Assembly: GCA_038064495.1 (NCBI GenBank)
Contig: JBBTSZ010000004.1
Location: 5,363-69,362, forward strand
DNA from: Patescibacteria group bacterium
Lineage (GTDB): Bacteria; Patescibacteriota; Minisyncoccia; Phycocordibacterales; Phycocordibacteraceae
DNA: 64,000 nt
Reading direction: 5' to 3'
Part shown: positions 16,961 through 25,492 of the stretch, one piece after another
How positions within the stretch are numbered: the first letter of the stretch is position 1
Layout: every line of letters begins with the position of its first letter
Program-made: the position numbers and the translations under genes
The notes under the pieces: model-generated
Databases searched by the model: none
What the model was told of the DNA's origin: nothing
Seen by the model: only the letters and a program-made list of their open reading frames with translations

Positions 16961-18006
16961 GTACACACTTTTACCTACCTAAACCGTGTGACTCCATGCC
17001 GATTCATAACCTGTTTTACTTCAGGTTCCAGCCGGTGGACCTTAAAACAAATGTATTCAACGAACCACCCTTTGAAAACTTCTTTGAGACGGTCTCGCTC
17101 GTGAACGAGGTCGAGACTGCAGACGCGATCATACTTCCAAACAACTTCGCCTCACTGGATGATGATGCGCGAACATACATACGCACGTATGCAGATATGG
17201 GTGAACGTTTCCGTATCCCAGTCTATCTGCTTTCTTTCAGCGACTATTCCTATCGGCTTGTCTTTGACTCCCGTGTACGAGTATTCCGTATGTCGAGCTA
17301 CAAGAGTTTAATGCGAGACACCGATATCATTGTTCCGACAACCGCTCGCAGGTTTGAAGAAATCCCATTTGTGCCGAGGAAAAAACAAGAACTACCCATG
17401 GTTTCTTTCTGTGGTTATGCAGGATTTAAAACAGCACGACAATGGGTTACCTATGGCGCTCGAAATCTATGGTGGGAAGTTCGTGCGCTTTGTATACCTC
17501 ACTACCGGGCACGGAAAGTTGGTATTTACTGGCGTAGGGCGTCCATGCGAGCGCTTGCAGGTTCGGGGCGTATTCGCACGAACTTCATTGTTCGTCGGAG
17601 TTTCTCAGGAGCTGTCCGTACCATAGAACTTTCACCTGCCGAAGCACGAGCAGAATTCATAGACAGCATCGTCAACAGTGACTTTGTGCTTGCTCCAAAG
17701 GGAGATGGGAACTATTCAAATCGCTTTCTTGAAGCACTTTCCCTTGGTCGGATTCCGGTGCTTATTGATACTGATGTACCGCTTCCGTGCGAAAACGTCA
17801 TACCATACGAGAAAATTATGGTTCGAGTCCCTATGCAAGAGGTACATAAGACCGCTGAGTACGTCAGTAGATTTTACGATGCGTTGAGTGAACCTGAATG
17901 GGTGGAACGACAAGCACTTGCACGCACTATGTTCAGAGACTATCTCGAACAAAAGCAGTTCTTTCAGAATTATTTTGCGACTCATCCGACAACCGTACGT
18001 CCATGA
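16957..18006 (+). CDS. Exostosin-like glycosyltransferase (GT47 family)
   Basis: FVLAPKGDGNYSNRFLEALSLGRIPVLIDTDVPLPCENVIPYEKI matches exostosin motif FCLxPRG…[16 protein letters not shown]…LPF. Confidence 0.55.
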   Translation: MSTHFYLPKPCDSMPIHNLFYFRFQPVDLKTNVFNEPPFENFFETVSLVNEVETADAIILPNNFASLDDDARTYIRTYADMGERFRIPVYLLSFSDYSYRLVFDSRVRVFRMSSYKSLMRDTDIIVPTTARRFEEIPFVPRKKQELPMVSFCGYAGFKTARQWVTYGARNLWWEVRALCIPHYRARKVGIYWRRASMRALAGSGRIRTNFIVRRSFSGAVRTIELSPAEARAEFIDSIVNSDFVLAPKGDGNYSNRFLEALSLGRIPVLIDTDVPLPCENVIPYEKIMVRVPMQEVHKTAEYVSRFYDALSEPEWVERQALARTMFRDYLEQKQFFQNYFATHPTTVRP

Positions 18007-19172
18007 AAAAGAAACTCATATATCTGAGTCATTGGCGCTTTCCGTCCGAGAAGACCATGACGCCACTCATCATGAAAACTTGCGAAGGCTTCGTGCAGGA
18101 GGGATATGATGTTGAACTCTGGATTCCCACTCGACACAATCCCGAGTTCCATATTCAGGACCCATTTCAAGTCCACAACATCAAAACACAGTTCACGATA
18201 CGCCGATTGTTTGCGATTGACCTCATACGTTTTCTCGGAAGATTCGGTTTCTTGCTTCTCGTCATGTCTTTCAATCTACAGGTTTTTCTACGACTTTTGT
18301 TTGCTGACCGTTCACGCACCATTCTGTATGCGCATGACGTCCGGGATATCCTTTTTCTCACGTACCTTGGATACCCGACCTACATAGAGATACACGACTT
18401 CTACGAAAGCAGACTGCACGCTATAAATCGCATGGTATTTCGTCACACCACGGGGCTTATTGTGACGAATACGTTAAAACTAAAGCATATTGCTGGGACG
18501 TATGGATTTCCTGCTACCGCAATGATTCATCAACCAAACGCTGTTGACTATACATTCTTCAATACCAATCTTAAGCAAGATGAGGCACGCAAGGTACTTG
18601 GATTACCTAACGACAAACGCATCATTCTGTATACTGGGCACTTGTTCTCTTGGAAGGGAGTAGAAACGCTTGCGCTCGCATCCCGCTCTCTGCCAGATGA
18701 TTACCTTGTCTATTTTGTTGGAGGAACACCCCATGACCGAGAGGTACTCAAGGAATTTGTCAGAGAACATTCTCTTCCACGTATTGAGTTCCTTGCACAC
18801 CAGGATCATGCGAGAATCCCACTTTTCTTGAAAGCAGCTGATGTACTTGTTCTACCAAATACTGCAAAGGAAGAGGCCTCACGTCTTGAAACATCACCCG
18901 TTAAATTGTTTGAGTACATGGCATCGGGTGTTCCTATTGTTGCTTCAGATTTGCCGTCCATTCGCGATATCGTGACTGATAATGAGGTCCAATTCTTTGT
19001 TGCTGACGACCCCGAGAGTCTCGCCGAAGCAATCAAGGAAACACTTACGAACCCAGACGAGTCTACTGAGCGTTCTCAGCGTGCAGCAGAGCATGCTAAA
19101 CGACTATCTTGGGAGGCCCGGAGAGCGGCTATTGCGATTCTCATTCGAGAAACAAGTACTATACGCTCGTAG
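18003..19172 (+). CDS. Glycosyltransferase family 4
   Basis: ETSPVKLFEYMASGVPIVASD (E-x7-E); ATGA overlap with upstream gene; ORF-track N-terminal extension from 17898 rejected. Confidence 0.75.
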   Translation: MKKKLIYLSHWRFPSEKTMTPLIMKTCEGFVQEGYDVELWIPTRHNPEFHIQDPFQVHNIKTQFTIRRLFAIDLIRFLGRFGFLLLVMSFNLQVFLRLLFADRSRTILYAHDVRDILFLTYLGYPTYIEIHDFYESRLHAINRMVFRHTTGLIVTNTLKLKHIAGTYGFPATAMIHQPNAVDYTFFNTNLKQDEARKVLGLPNDKRIILYTGHLFSWKGVETLALASRSLPDDYLVYFVGGTPHDREVLKEFVREHSLPRIEFLAHQDHARIPLFLKAADVLVLPNTAKEEASRLETSPVKLFEYMASGVPIVASDLPSIRDIVTDNEVQFFVADDPESLAEAIKETLTNPDESTERSQRAAEHAKRLSWEARRAAIAILIRETSTIRS

Positions 19173-19207
19173 TTGCGCTCCTTCGCCTAAATGGATAGCA
19201 TCAACCT

Positions 19208-20434
19208 ATGTCTAAAAAGCTCTTGAAGCCGAGATTCGACGTCTGTGTCATAGGCGGAGCAGGGCATGTGGGACTTCCACTTGGTGTCTCATTCGCGCTT
19301 GCAGGGAAAAGGACCGTCCTTTTGGATATTAACGAAGTGTCGGTTGCTTCAATTATGCGCGGAAAATTTCCCTTCAAAGAAGAAAAAGGAGATGAGCACC
19401 TGAAGAAAGCTTTGAAACAAGGAACGCTTACTGCTGTCACTGGACCAGCGGATGTAATCAGCCAGAGCAAGGTGATTGTAATGGTTGTTGGTACACCGGT
19501 CGATGAATACCTGAATCCACACTTCGGTGCGCTCGAACGCACGCTTGAAAAATATCTACCACACTTCCGGGACGGCCAGGTCTTTATGTTGCGCAGTACG
19601 GTTTTTCCTGGGACTGCAGAGCGTATTCAGAGTTACTTTAAGAAACATCGTCTGACCATTGGTGTTGCATTTTGTCCGGAACGAATCGTGCAGGGCAAGG
19701 CATTCAAGGAATTAAAGGAGATGCCACAAATTATCTCCGCGTTCGATAAAAAGACCTTGTCGAGTGTGCGTGCGCTTTTCAGCAGCATCTCAAATTCTGG
19801 GGTTGTAGAAGTTGAACCGGTAGAAGCTGAGCTCGCAAAACTGTATTCAAATGCTTGGCGGTACATTACGTTTGCTGTGGTGAATCAGTTTTATATGATG
19901 GCGAACGACCTTGGAGTTGATTACACGAACATACATAAGGCAATGACGTTGAATTACGAGCGCAATAAAAATCTCCCGCGCCCGGGATTCACCGCTGGTC
20001 CCTGTTTGTTCAAGGATACGATGCAGTTGGCGGCATTTAATCACAACCGGTTCTTCCTCGGGCATTCGGCAATGCTTATAAATGAAGGACTTCCGCAGTA
20101 CATCATGCAACACGTGAGTGACAGGGTAGGGAGGGACGAACTAAAAAAGAAAACCATAGGAATACTCGGTATGGCATTTAAAGCCGATAGCGATGATCAT
20201 CGAGACTCACTTTCATTCAAACTCCGGAAAGTGGCAAGTCAACATGCACGCGAGGTGCTCTGTCATGATTACTTCCTGGAACGTGATATACTTTCTCCTC
20301 TTGATGAGGTCCTTAAGAAGTCACACATTCTTATTGTGGCGACACCGCATAGTGAATACAAAATGTTACCAAAAAGCGCCCTCAAAGGGAAAGTCGTGAT
20401 TGATATTTGGAATCACCTTCCGTCGTATACATAA
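19208..20434 (+). CDS. Nucleotide-sugar 6-dehydrogenase (UDP-glucose/GDP-mannose dehydrogenase family)
   Basis: N-terminal Rossmann VCVIGGAGHVGLPLGVSFA; catalytic Cys region GFTAGPCLFKD; 408 aa. Confidence 0.75.
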   Translation: MSKKLLKPRFDVCVIGGAGHVGLPLGVSFALAGKRTVLLDINEVSVASIMRGKFPFKEEKGDEHLKKALKQGTLTAVTGPADVISQSKVIVMVVGTPVDEYLNPHFGALERTLEKYLPHFRDGQVFMLRSTVFPGTAERIQSYFKKHRLTIGVAFCPERIVQGKAFKELKEMPQIISAFDKKTLSSVRALFSSISNSGVVEVEPVEAELAKLYSNAWRYITFAVVNQFYMMANDLGVDYTNIHKAMTLNYERNKNLPRPGFTAGPCLFKDTMQLAAFNHNRFFLGHSAMLINEGLPQYIMQHVSDRVGRDELKKKTIGILGMAFKADSDDHRDSLSFKLRKVASQHAREVLCHDYFLERDILSPLDEVLKKSHILIVATPHSEYKMLPKSALKGKVVIDIWNHLPSYT

Positions 20435-20435
20435 G

Positions 20436-21431
20436 ATGAAAAAAATTCTTATCACTGGCGGAGCAGGATTCATTGGGGGTACGCTTGCAAAGCGTCTTGC
20501 GGGAGAGGGTCATGATATTACCCTTGCAGACAACTTTTTCCGAGGAAAGCGTGATTCTGATTTTGAGGCACTGATTGTACTTGATAATGTGACCCTCATT
20601 GAGGGAGACCTCACCGCGTCGTCTGCATGGGATGCTCTCGGCACTGGGTACGATGAGGTGTACCACCTCGTTGGTATCAATGGAACGAAACTTTTTTATT
20701 CCATTCCTCATGAAGTGCTTCGCATCGGGGTTTCAACGACCATGAACGCGCTTGAGTGGTTCCGTTCTAAAAATGGAAAGCCTGATGCGAAGATACTGTA
20801 CACCTCGTCAAACGAAGCCTACGCGAGCGGATTCGATTTGGGTATTATCCCGATTCCAACTCCGGAAACAGCCCCCCTCATCATCAGCGATACTTACAAT
20901 GCGCGCTGGTCCTATGGAGGTCAGAAATTGATCGGCGAGCTGTTTTTCATTAACTACTCTCGAGCATACAACTTCCGTATGTCTATCGTGCGCCCCCATA
21001 ATTTCTATGGACCTCGTGCAGGCTATGATCATGTTATTCCTGAGATTATCGGACGTATTGAGGCAAGAGTAGAACCGTTTCCTATCTTCGGCACAGGAGA
21101 AACGCGCTCATTCTGTTATATCGAAGACGCTGCAGAGGCGATTCAAAAGGTGATGGAATCGAAAACGACAGATGGTGGAACCTATCACATTGGCACCTCT
21201 GAAGAAACAGAGATTCAAGGTCTTGTTGAAAAACTCTTTGAACTCGCTGGGTGGAAGCCAGGAGAGCTCGATATACAGGCTTCACCGGAGGGAAGTGTGA
21301 AGCGCCGTCTTGCGGATGTATCTAAAATCGAACGCGATACCGGGTGGAAAGCCTCAACACCACTACAAGAAGGACTTACGAAGACACTTGAATGGTATCG
21401 TGCACATCCTAAGCCCAAGGAGAAATCCTAA
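20436..21431 (+). CDS. NAD-dependent epimerase/dehydratase (extended SDR; UDP-glucuronate decarboxylase-like)
   Basis: ILITGGAGFIGGTLAKRL; YxxxK as SYGGQK. Confidence 0.7.
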   Translation: MKKILITGGAGFIGGTLAKRLAGEGHDITLADNFFRGKRDSDFEALIVLDNVTLIEGDLTASSAWDALGTGYDEVYHLVGINGTKLFYSIPHEVLRIGVSTTMNALEWFRSKNGKPDAKILYTSSNEAYASGFDLGIIPIPTPETAPLIISDTYNARWSYGGQKLIGELFFINYSRAYNFRMSIVRPHNFYGPRAGYDHVIPEIIGRIEARVEPFPIFGTGETRSFCYIEDAAEAIQKVMESKTTDGGTYHIGTSEETEIQGLVEKLFELAGWKPGELDIQASPEGSVKRRLADVSKIERDTGWKASTPLQEGLTKTLEWYRAHPKPKEKS

Positions 21432-22359
21432 CGCGCTTTCCCGTTTTCGCAGATTTCTGGAACGCCTCCGTAATTGCTACTGATGCAATTCCGTCCGCGA
21501 GTGTTGCAAGTGAAGTCTTCTTTCCTGCAAGCTCTTTCAGGAATGATTGGATCGTTCTCTCGTACAGCTCTGCTGGAACATGTGTGAATATATCGCGAAT
21601 TTCAATAACACCTTTCGTTCCATACAACACGACACGGTTATCGCTATTTGGTACTGACTTACTCGTCATAACATACACAGCAGCACCATTTGAAAGTGTG
21701 AGAACTCCGAGAGCGGTACGGTCTACGGTGGTAGGGGTTGCATCAGACTTAGCGAGTACCGAGATCACCTCCTTTCCCGTAAGGAATCGTATGAGATCAA
21801 ACAAGTGTGAACCACGTGTTGGGAGCGAACCCCCTCCAGACTCTTTCGGATCTTCTCGCCATCGCATATGCGGAGGAAGGGAAGGGGTTTTTCCTTCAAG
21901 TCCTCCTACAGCCCACACGAACTCCCCGTACAGGAGTGTCCCAATCTTTCCTTTTTGTATATCTCTTTGAGCCTTCAGTACGCTTGGGTGCATACGCAAT
22001 TGAAAATCCACAAATCCTTTCACGCGATTCTTTTTTGCCGCTGTGCGAATACGTTTCGCTTCGCTCAGTGTCCGAGCCAGCGGCTTCTCTATAAGGAATG
22101 GTTTTTTACACTCGGCGACAGCTATCGCGTCAGATGCATGAAGATGGTTTGCGCTTGCTACCAGTACAGCATCTACATCTTCCAACGTGGAGATGGAAGA
22201 TGTTCCGTGTATCTTTCGTATCTTTGTAAACTCCGCAAGTCGTTTTTCTGAACGGCTCACGGTACAGGTAAGAATCACCCCTTTCGTTTTTGAGGTTGCG
22301 TCTGTAAGACGTTCACCTTGAAGACCGAGACCGATGAGTGCGATGCGTACCAAGAGCAT
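21409..22359 (-). CDS. Gfo/Idh/MocA-family NAD(P)-dependent oxidoreductase
   Basis: Start MLLVRIALIGLGLQG; EKPLA motif; convergent 23-nt overlap with upstream plus-strand gene. Confidence 0.6.
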   Translation of the reverse strand: MLLVRIALIGLGLQGERLTDATSKTKGVILTCTVSRSEKRLAEFTKIRKIHGTSSISTLEDVDAVLVASANHLHASDAIAVAECKKPFLIEKPLARTLSEAKRIRTAAKKNRVKGFVDFQLRMHPSVLKAQRDIQKGKIGTLLYGEFVWAVGGLEGKTPSLPPHMRWREDPKESGGGSLPTRGSHLFDLIRFLTGKEVISVLAKSDATPTTVDRTALGVLTLSNGAAVYVMTSKSVPNSDNRVVLYGTKGVIEIRDIFTHVPAELYERTIQSFLKELAGKKTSLATLADGIASVAITEAFQKSAKTGKRVRISPWA

Positions 22360-22461
22360 GCTATCCAGTATACCGAAAGAGATTACGGGATAGGTATTAT
22401 TGACAAATGGTATTAATTCTGATATAGTTAATACAGACTTCATTACACGAGGAGACATAGA

Positions 22462-22857
22462 GTGCCTGGTCATATAGCAGAACTGGTAGCCATCGGTCAC
22501 CAAGATGGACGACGAACAATTTACGACCTCATCACTGGCGGAGATGCTGGGGGAGGTGAGGAGCTTTCAAATCTGGCCTACTTCAGCCCGCTACGTGCAG
22601 GAATGTCCATCGGCAGGCACTACCACGAAAAGATGTGGGAAACCTATCTCATTCTTTCCGGCCAGGGTCAGTTTTCGCTCATTGATATTGATTCGGGCGA
22701 ATCTGAACGGATTGAAATAACACAGGTTCCGTTTCGGATAACGGTACCCCCGCGTCACGCCCACACGCTTCTGGCACGGACTGAAATGACACTGCTCATC
22801 GCAGCAACCGGAGAAGTGTCAGACGCAGATATGATTCCGTATCCCACGCACGCCTGA
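22462..22857 (+). CDS. Cupin-domain protein (sugar isomerase/epimerase-like)
   Basis: GTG start with GGAG 8 nt upstream; cupin core GMSIGRHYHEKMWETYLILSGQGQF. Confidence 0.5.
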   Translation: MPGHIAELVAIGHQDGRRTIYDLITGGDAGGGEELSNLAYFSPLRAGMSIGRHYHEKMWETYLILSGQGQFSLIDIDSGESERIEITQVPFRITVPPRHAHTLLARTEMTLLIAATGEVSDADMIPYPTHA

Positions 22858-22896
22858 CGACATTCAGAAGTGCGGATAGGAATCTCACTAAACGTG

Positions 22897-22930
22897 TAGG
22901 CCGGCTCGTGAGAGCCGGCCTATTTCATTT
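22897..22930. terminator. Bidirectional rho-independent terminator between convergent genes
   Basis: taGGCCGGCTC-gtga-GAGCCGGCCta followed by TTTCATTT. Confidence 0.6.
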
Positions 22931-24173
22931 ATATAACCTTTGTTTTAGGGAGGGGAAGTATGAATTTTCCTTTGTAGCCGAGTTTCTTCATGAGAGCAAC
23001 GAGCTCTGTGCCAATGTGCCAGGAGAGTACGAGTGCGTACTCTGGTTGCTCAGCGAATAGTCGGGATTCGTCAACCACTGGAACGTGCGTACCTGGCGTA
23101 TACATACCAATCTTTGGTGAGCCCTTTTTTTCACACGCATAGTCAAGTATGGAATCATCGATATTGCAGAAACCAAGCAGAGTATTTGAGCGAGCTGAGC
23201 TGGTAAGGCCCACAATCCGCTTACCACTTTTCTTCAACGCAAGAAGGGTCGATACCAGGTCATACTTTGCCTGGTATACCTTTTTAGAAAATGCGAGTAA
23301 CTTTTTCTCGTCATTGATACCTGCCGTTGTCTCACGTGCAAGCAATTTCTTTGCACGGGCGCTCATCGGATGCGTACCTTTCTTTGCATAGACACGTATT
23401 GAACCACCTGCCGCAGAGATATGTTCTGCATCAATAACGGAAAGCCCATGTTTGTTGAGTAAGTAGGTAATTGTTTTTAACGAGTAAAAGCGAAGATGTT
23501 CGTGATAGACCGTATCAAACTCAAGTTTTTCGACGATGTCCATAAGATACTGGGACTCAGACACGAAAACACTTTTTGGACCCATGAGACTTTTCACATT
23601 CTGTACCAGAGAGGCAGTATCGTTGATGTGAGCAAACACATTTGTTGCTGTCACCACTTTTGCCGTGCCGTATTTCTTCTTGATTTTCTTCACGGTACTG
23701 CTGCTGAAATATTCCTGATAGGTAGGAATACCATTTTTGTTCGCACTCTTCGCAGCGTCCGTTGGTTCAACGCCAACAACACGTGCACCACGGGCTTTGA
23801 ACGGTTTCAGGAGTGTGCCGTCATTTGAACCAATATCAACAACGAGCCCGCCCGCCGTGTATGCTTTCTCATCTTCAAGTCCTCCGGCAAGTGATTCAAA
23901 GTTTCGAATTAGCATGTTCGTAAGTCCGGTGCGATAGGGGTATTGTCGCGGAAAGACCTTTCTTGGATCCACGATGTAACTAAGTTGTACGAGCCCGCAT
24001 TTCCTACAGCGCACGAGTTCGAGTGGATACGTTTCTTCAAGACCTGAAAGGTCGGCTTTTGTAAGATATTCCTGAACAATAGGTTGATGGCCAAGTGAGA
24101 GAATGGATATAAGGCGTGAACTACTGCAGACTTGGCACGTCGTAACGGGGCCAATATGAAGGGGTTTTTTCAT
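22929..24173 (-). CDS. NDP-hexose C-methyltransferase-like (N-terminal Zn-ribbon + class I SAM MTase; TylCIII family-like)
   Basis: CQVCSS…CRKCGL zinc ribbon; SAM motif GLVVDIGSNDGTLL; 414 aa. Confidence 0.55.
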   Translation of the reverse strand: MKKPLHIGPVTTCQVCSSSRLISILSLGHQPIVQEYLTKADLSGLEETYPLELVRCRKCGLVQLSYIVDPRKVFPRQYPYRTGLTNMLIRNFESLAGGLEDEKAYTAGGLVVDIGSNDGTLLKPFKARGARVVGVEPTDAAKSANKNGIPTYQEYFSSSTVKKIKKKYGTAKVVTATNVFAHINDTASLVQNVKSLMGPKSVFVSESQYLMDIVEKLEFDTVYHEHLRFYSLKTITYLLNKHGLSVIDAEHISAAGGSIRVYAKKGTHPMSARAKKLLARETTAGINDEKKLLAFSKKVYQAKYDLVSTLLALKKSGKRIVGLTSSARSNTLLGFCNIDDSILDYACEKKGSPKIGMYTPGTHVPVVDESRLFAEQPEYALVLSWHIGTELVALMKKLGYKGKFILPLPKTKVI

Positions 24174-24274
24174 AGGGAGGGATATTGGTAGCGGGTGTCA
24201 AAACTGTAGCATGGCCTCGAGGTGCGTGCAGTATGTGATAGACGCTCCTTCGGACGACCCGTATAGTACTTCGT

Positions 24275-25105
24275 ATGCGCGTATCGGTTGTACTTCCGGC
24301 TATTGACGAAACAAGATCTCTTCTTGAGACAGTCACTGTGGTAGAGGAGAAACTCAAGAAACATGAGGTGACGTATGTCATTGTCACTTCACCAAAACTC
24401 ACAACGAAAGGGTGCCGCAACGCCATTAGAAATCTTACTGACACGTACGGTTCAGCCATCGACCATTTTGAACAGAGCCTTCCAGGTGTTGGTGGCGCGC
24501 TTCAAGAGGCGTTCGCACGAGCGGACGGAGAGGTCGTTGTCCTGATGACTTCAGACCAAGAGACACCGCCGCAAGTAGTTGGGGAAATGGTTGCAAAAAT
24601 AGAAGAGGGATACGATATGGCAACGGCAACCAGATGGCGTAAGGGGATCGCCTTTAATGGGTATCCGCCGATAAAGCTCCTACTGAATTTCTGCTATCAG
24701 CAAGTCTTCCGTATTCTGTATCTAACGAGGTTGTCGGATCTGACCTATGGGTATCGTGCTATGCGTGGCGATAAACTCCACGCAATTAAGTGGGAAGAAC
24801 TACGCCACCCATTCTTTTTTGAGACACTATTGAAACCACTTCGACTTGGATACCGTATCGCTGAAGTAGATGCTCCGTGGGCTCTGTTCACGACGCGTAA
24901 AGCAGACAGACATCGCGGGAAAACCGACGATCTCTTGTCATATATAAAAAAAATAGGCATACCCTATACCCTGATGGGTTTACGGATTCGCTTTACTTCG
25001 CGGAGACACCTCCTTAGTACTGGAAGCATGGTATCGCCAAATCCACAGTCTGTACCACGTGTAATTCCAGAAAAAACTAAGGATAATACTTCCACCATAC
25101 GCTAG
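24275..25105 (+). CDS. Glycosyltransferase family 2, polyprenol-phosphate sugar synthase-like (GtrB/DPM1-like)
   Basis: MRVSVVLPAIDETRS…; DGEVVVLMTSDQ; short soluble GT2 about 276 aa. Confidence 0.6.
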   Translation: MRVSVVLPAIDETRSLLETVTVVEEKLKKHEVTYVIVTSPKLTTKGCRNAIRNLTDTYGSAIDHFEQSLPGVGGALQEAFARADGEVVVLMTSDQETPPQVVGEMVAKIEEGYDMATATRWRKGIAFNGYPPIKLLLNFCYQQVFRILYLTRLSDLTYGYRAMRGDKLHAIKWEELRHPFFFETLLKPLRLGYRIAEVDAPWALFTTRKADRHRGKTDDLLSYIKKIGIPYTLMGLRIRFTSRRHLLSTGSMVSPNPQSVPRVIPEKTKDNTSTIR

Positions 25106-25450
25106 GTGGAGCAAGACAATGTCAGTGGTGGCATTCTCCGTAAGATATACACAGATGAACTGAATAAGAACCGCTCCTGATACTACGAGGTGAAAGCGAG
25201 CGAGACGCATCAGCACTGAATGTCTCGTGGCAATATCACCAAAAGCAAACCAGTTATTCAAAGTGAAGTTAAGAAGAATACCAGCTTCTGCACCGATAAC
25301 CGTTGCTACCGATGGAGCGACGAGTCCCAACCAGATTGCGAGTATCTCAAATATTGCGGTTTGGAGCATAACGCTCAGACCTCCAGATAGAAGAGAACGT
25401 ATCACGCGTCGAGAGAGAAGGGTAGTACAGAATAGAGTGACCTGATGCAT
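24980..25450 (-). CDS. GtrA-family small polytopic membrane protein (putative lipid-linked sugar flippase)
   Basis: About 157 aa, 4 predicted TMs (LQTAIFEILAIWLGL…, GAVLIQFICVYL…); start chosen at MHQVTLF; 3' end overlaps the convergent GT2 gene by about 125 bp. Confidence 0.45.
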   Translation of the reverse strand: MHQVTLFCTTLLSRRVIRSLLSGGLSVMLQTAIFEILAIWLGLVAPSVATVIGAEAGILLNFTLNNWFAFGDIATRHSVLMRLARFHLVVSGAVLIQFICVYLTENATTDIVLLHLAYGGSIILSFFWNYTWYRLWIWRYHASSTKEVSPRSKANP

Positions 25451-25492
25451 GTGTTCTAGAGTATAGCTGAAGCAGGGTATACTACGCGTACT

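Noticed and set aside
17898-18002. N-terminal extension of GT4 ORF (MGGTTSTCTH…) and 46067..46186 extension of PseI ORF and 59035..59283 extension of rdgB ORF
   Set aside because: Extensions overlap the upstream gene in a different frame and lack homology. Internal ATGs right at the upstream stop (ATGA overlaps) give family-typical N-termini.
21584-22251. Plus-strand ORFs 21584..21970, 21807..22094, 21868..22251
   Set aside because: Antisense to the Gfo/Idh/MocA oxidoreductase gene (EKPLA motif, Rossmann start); no features of their own.
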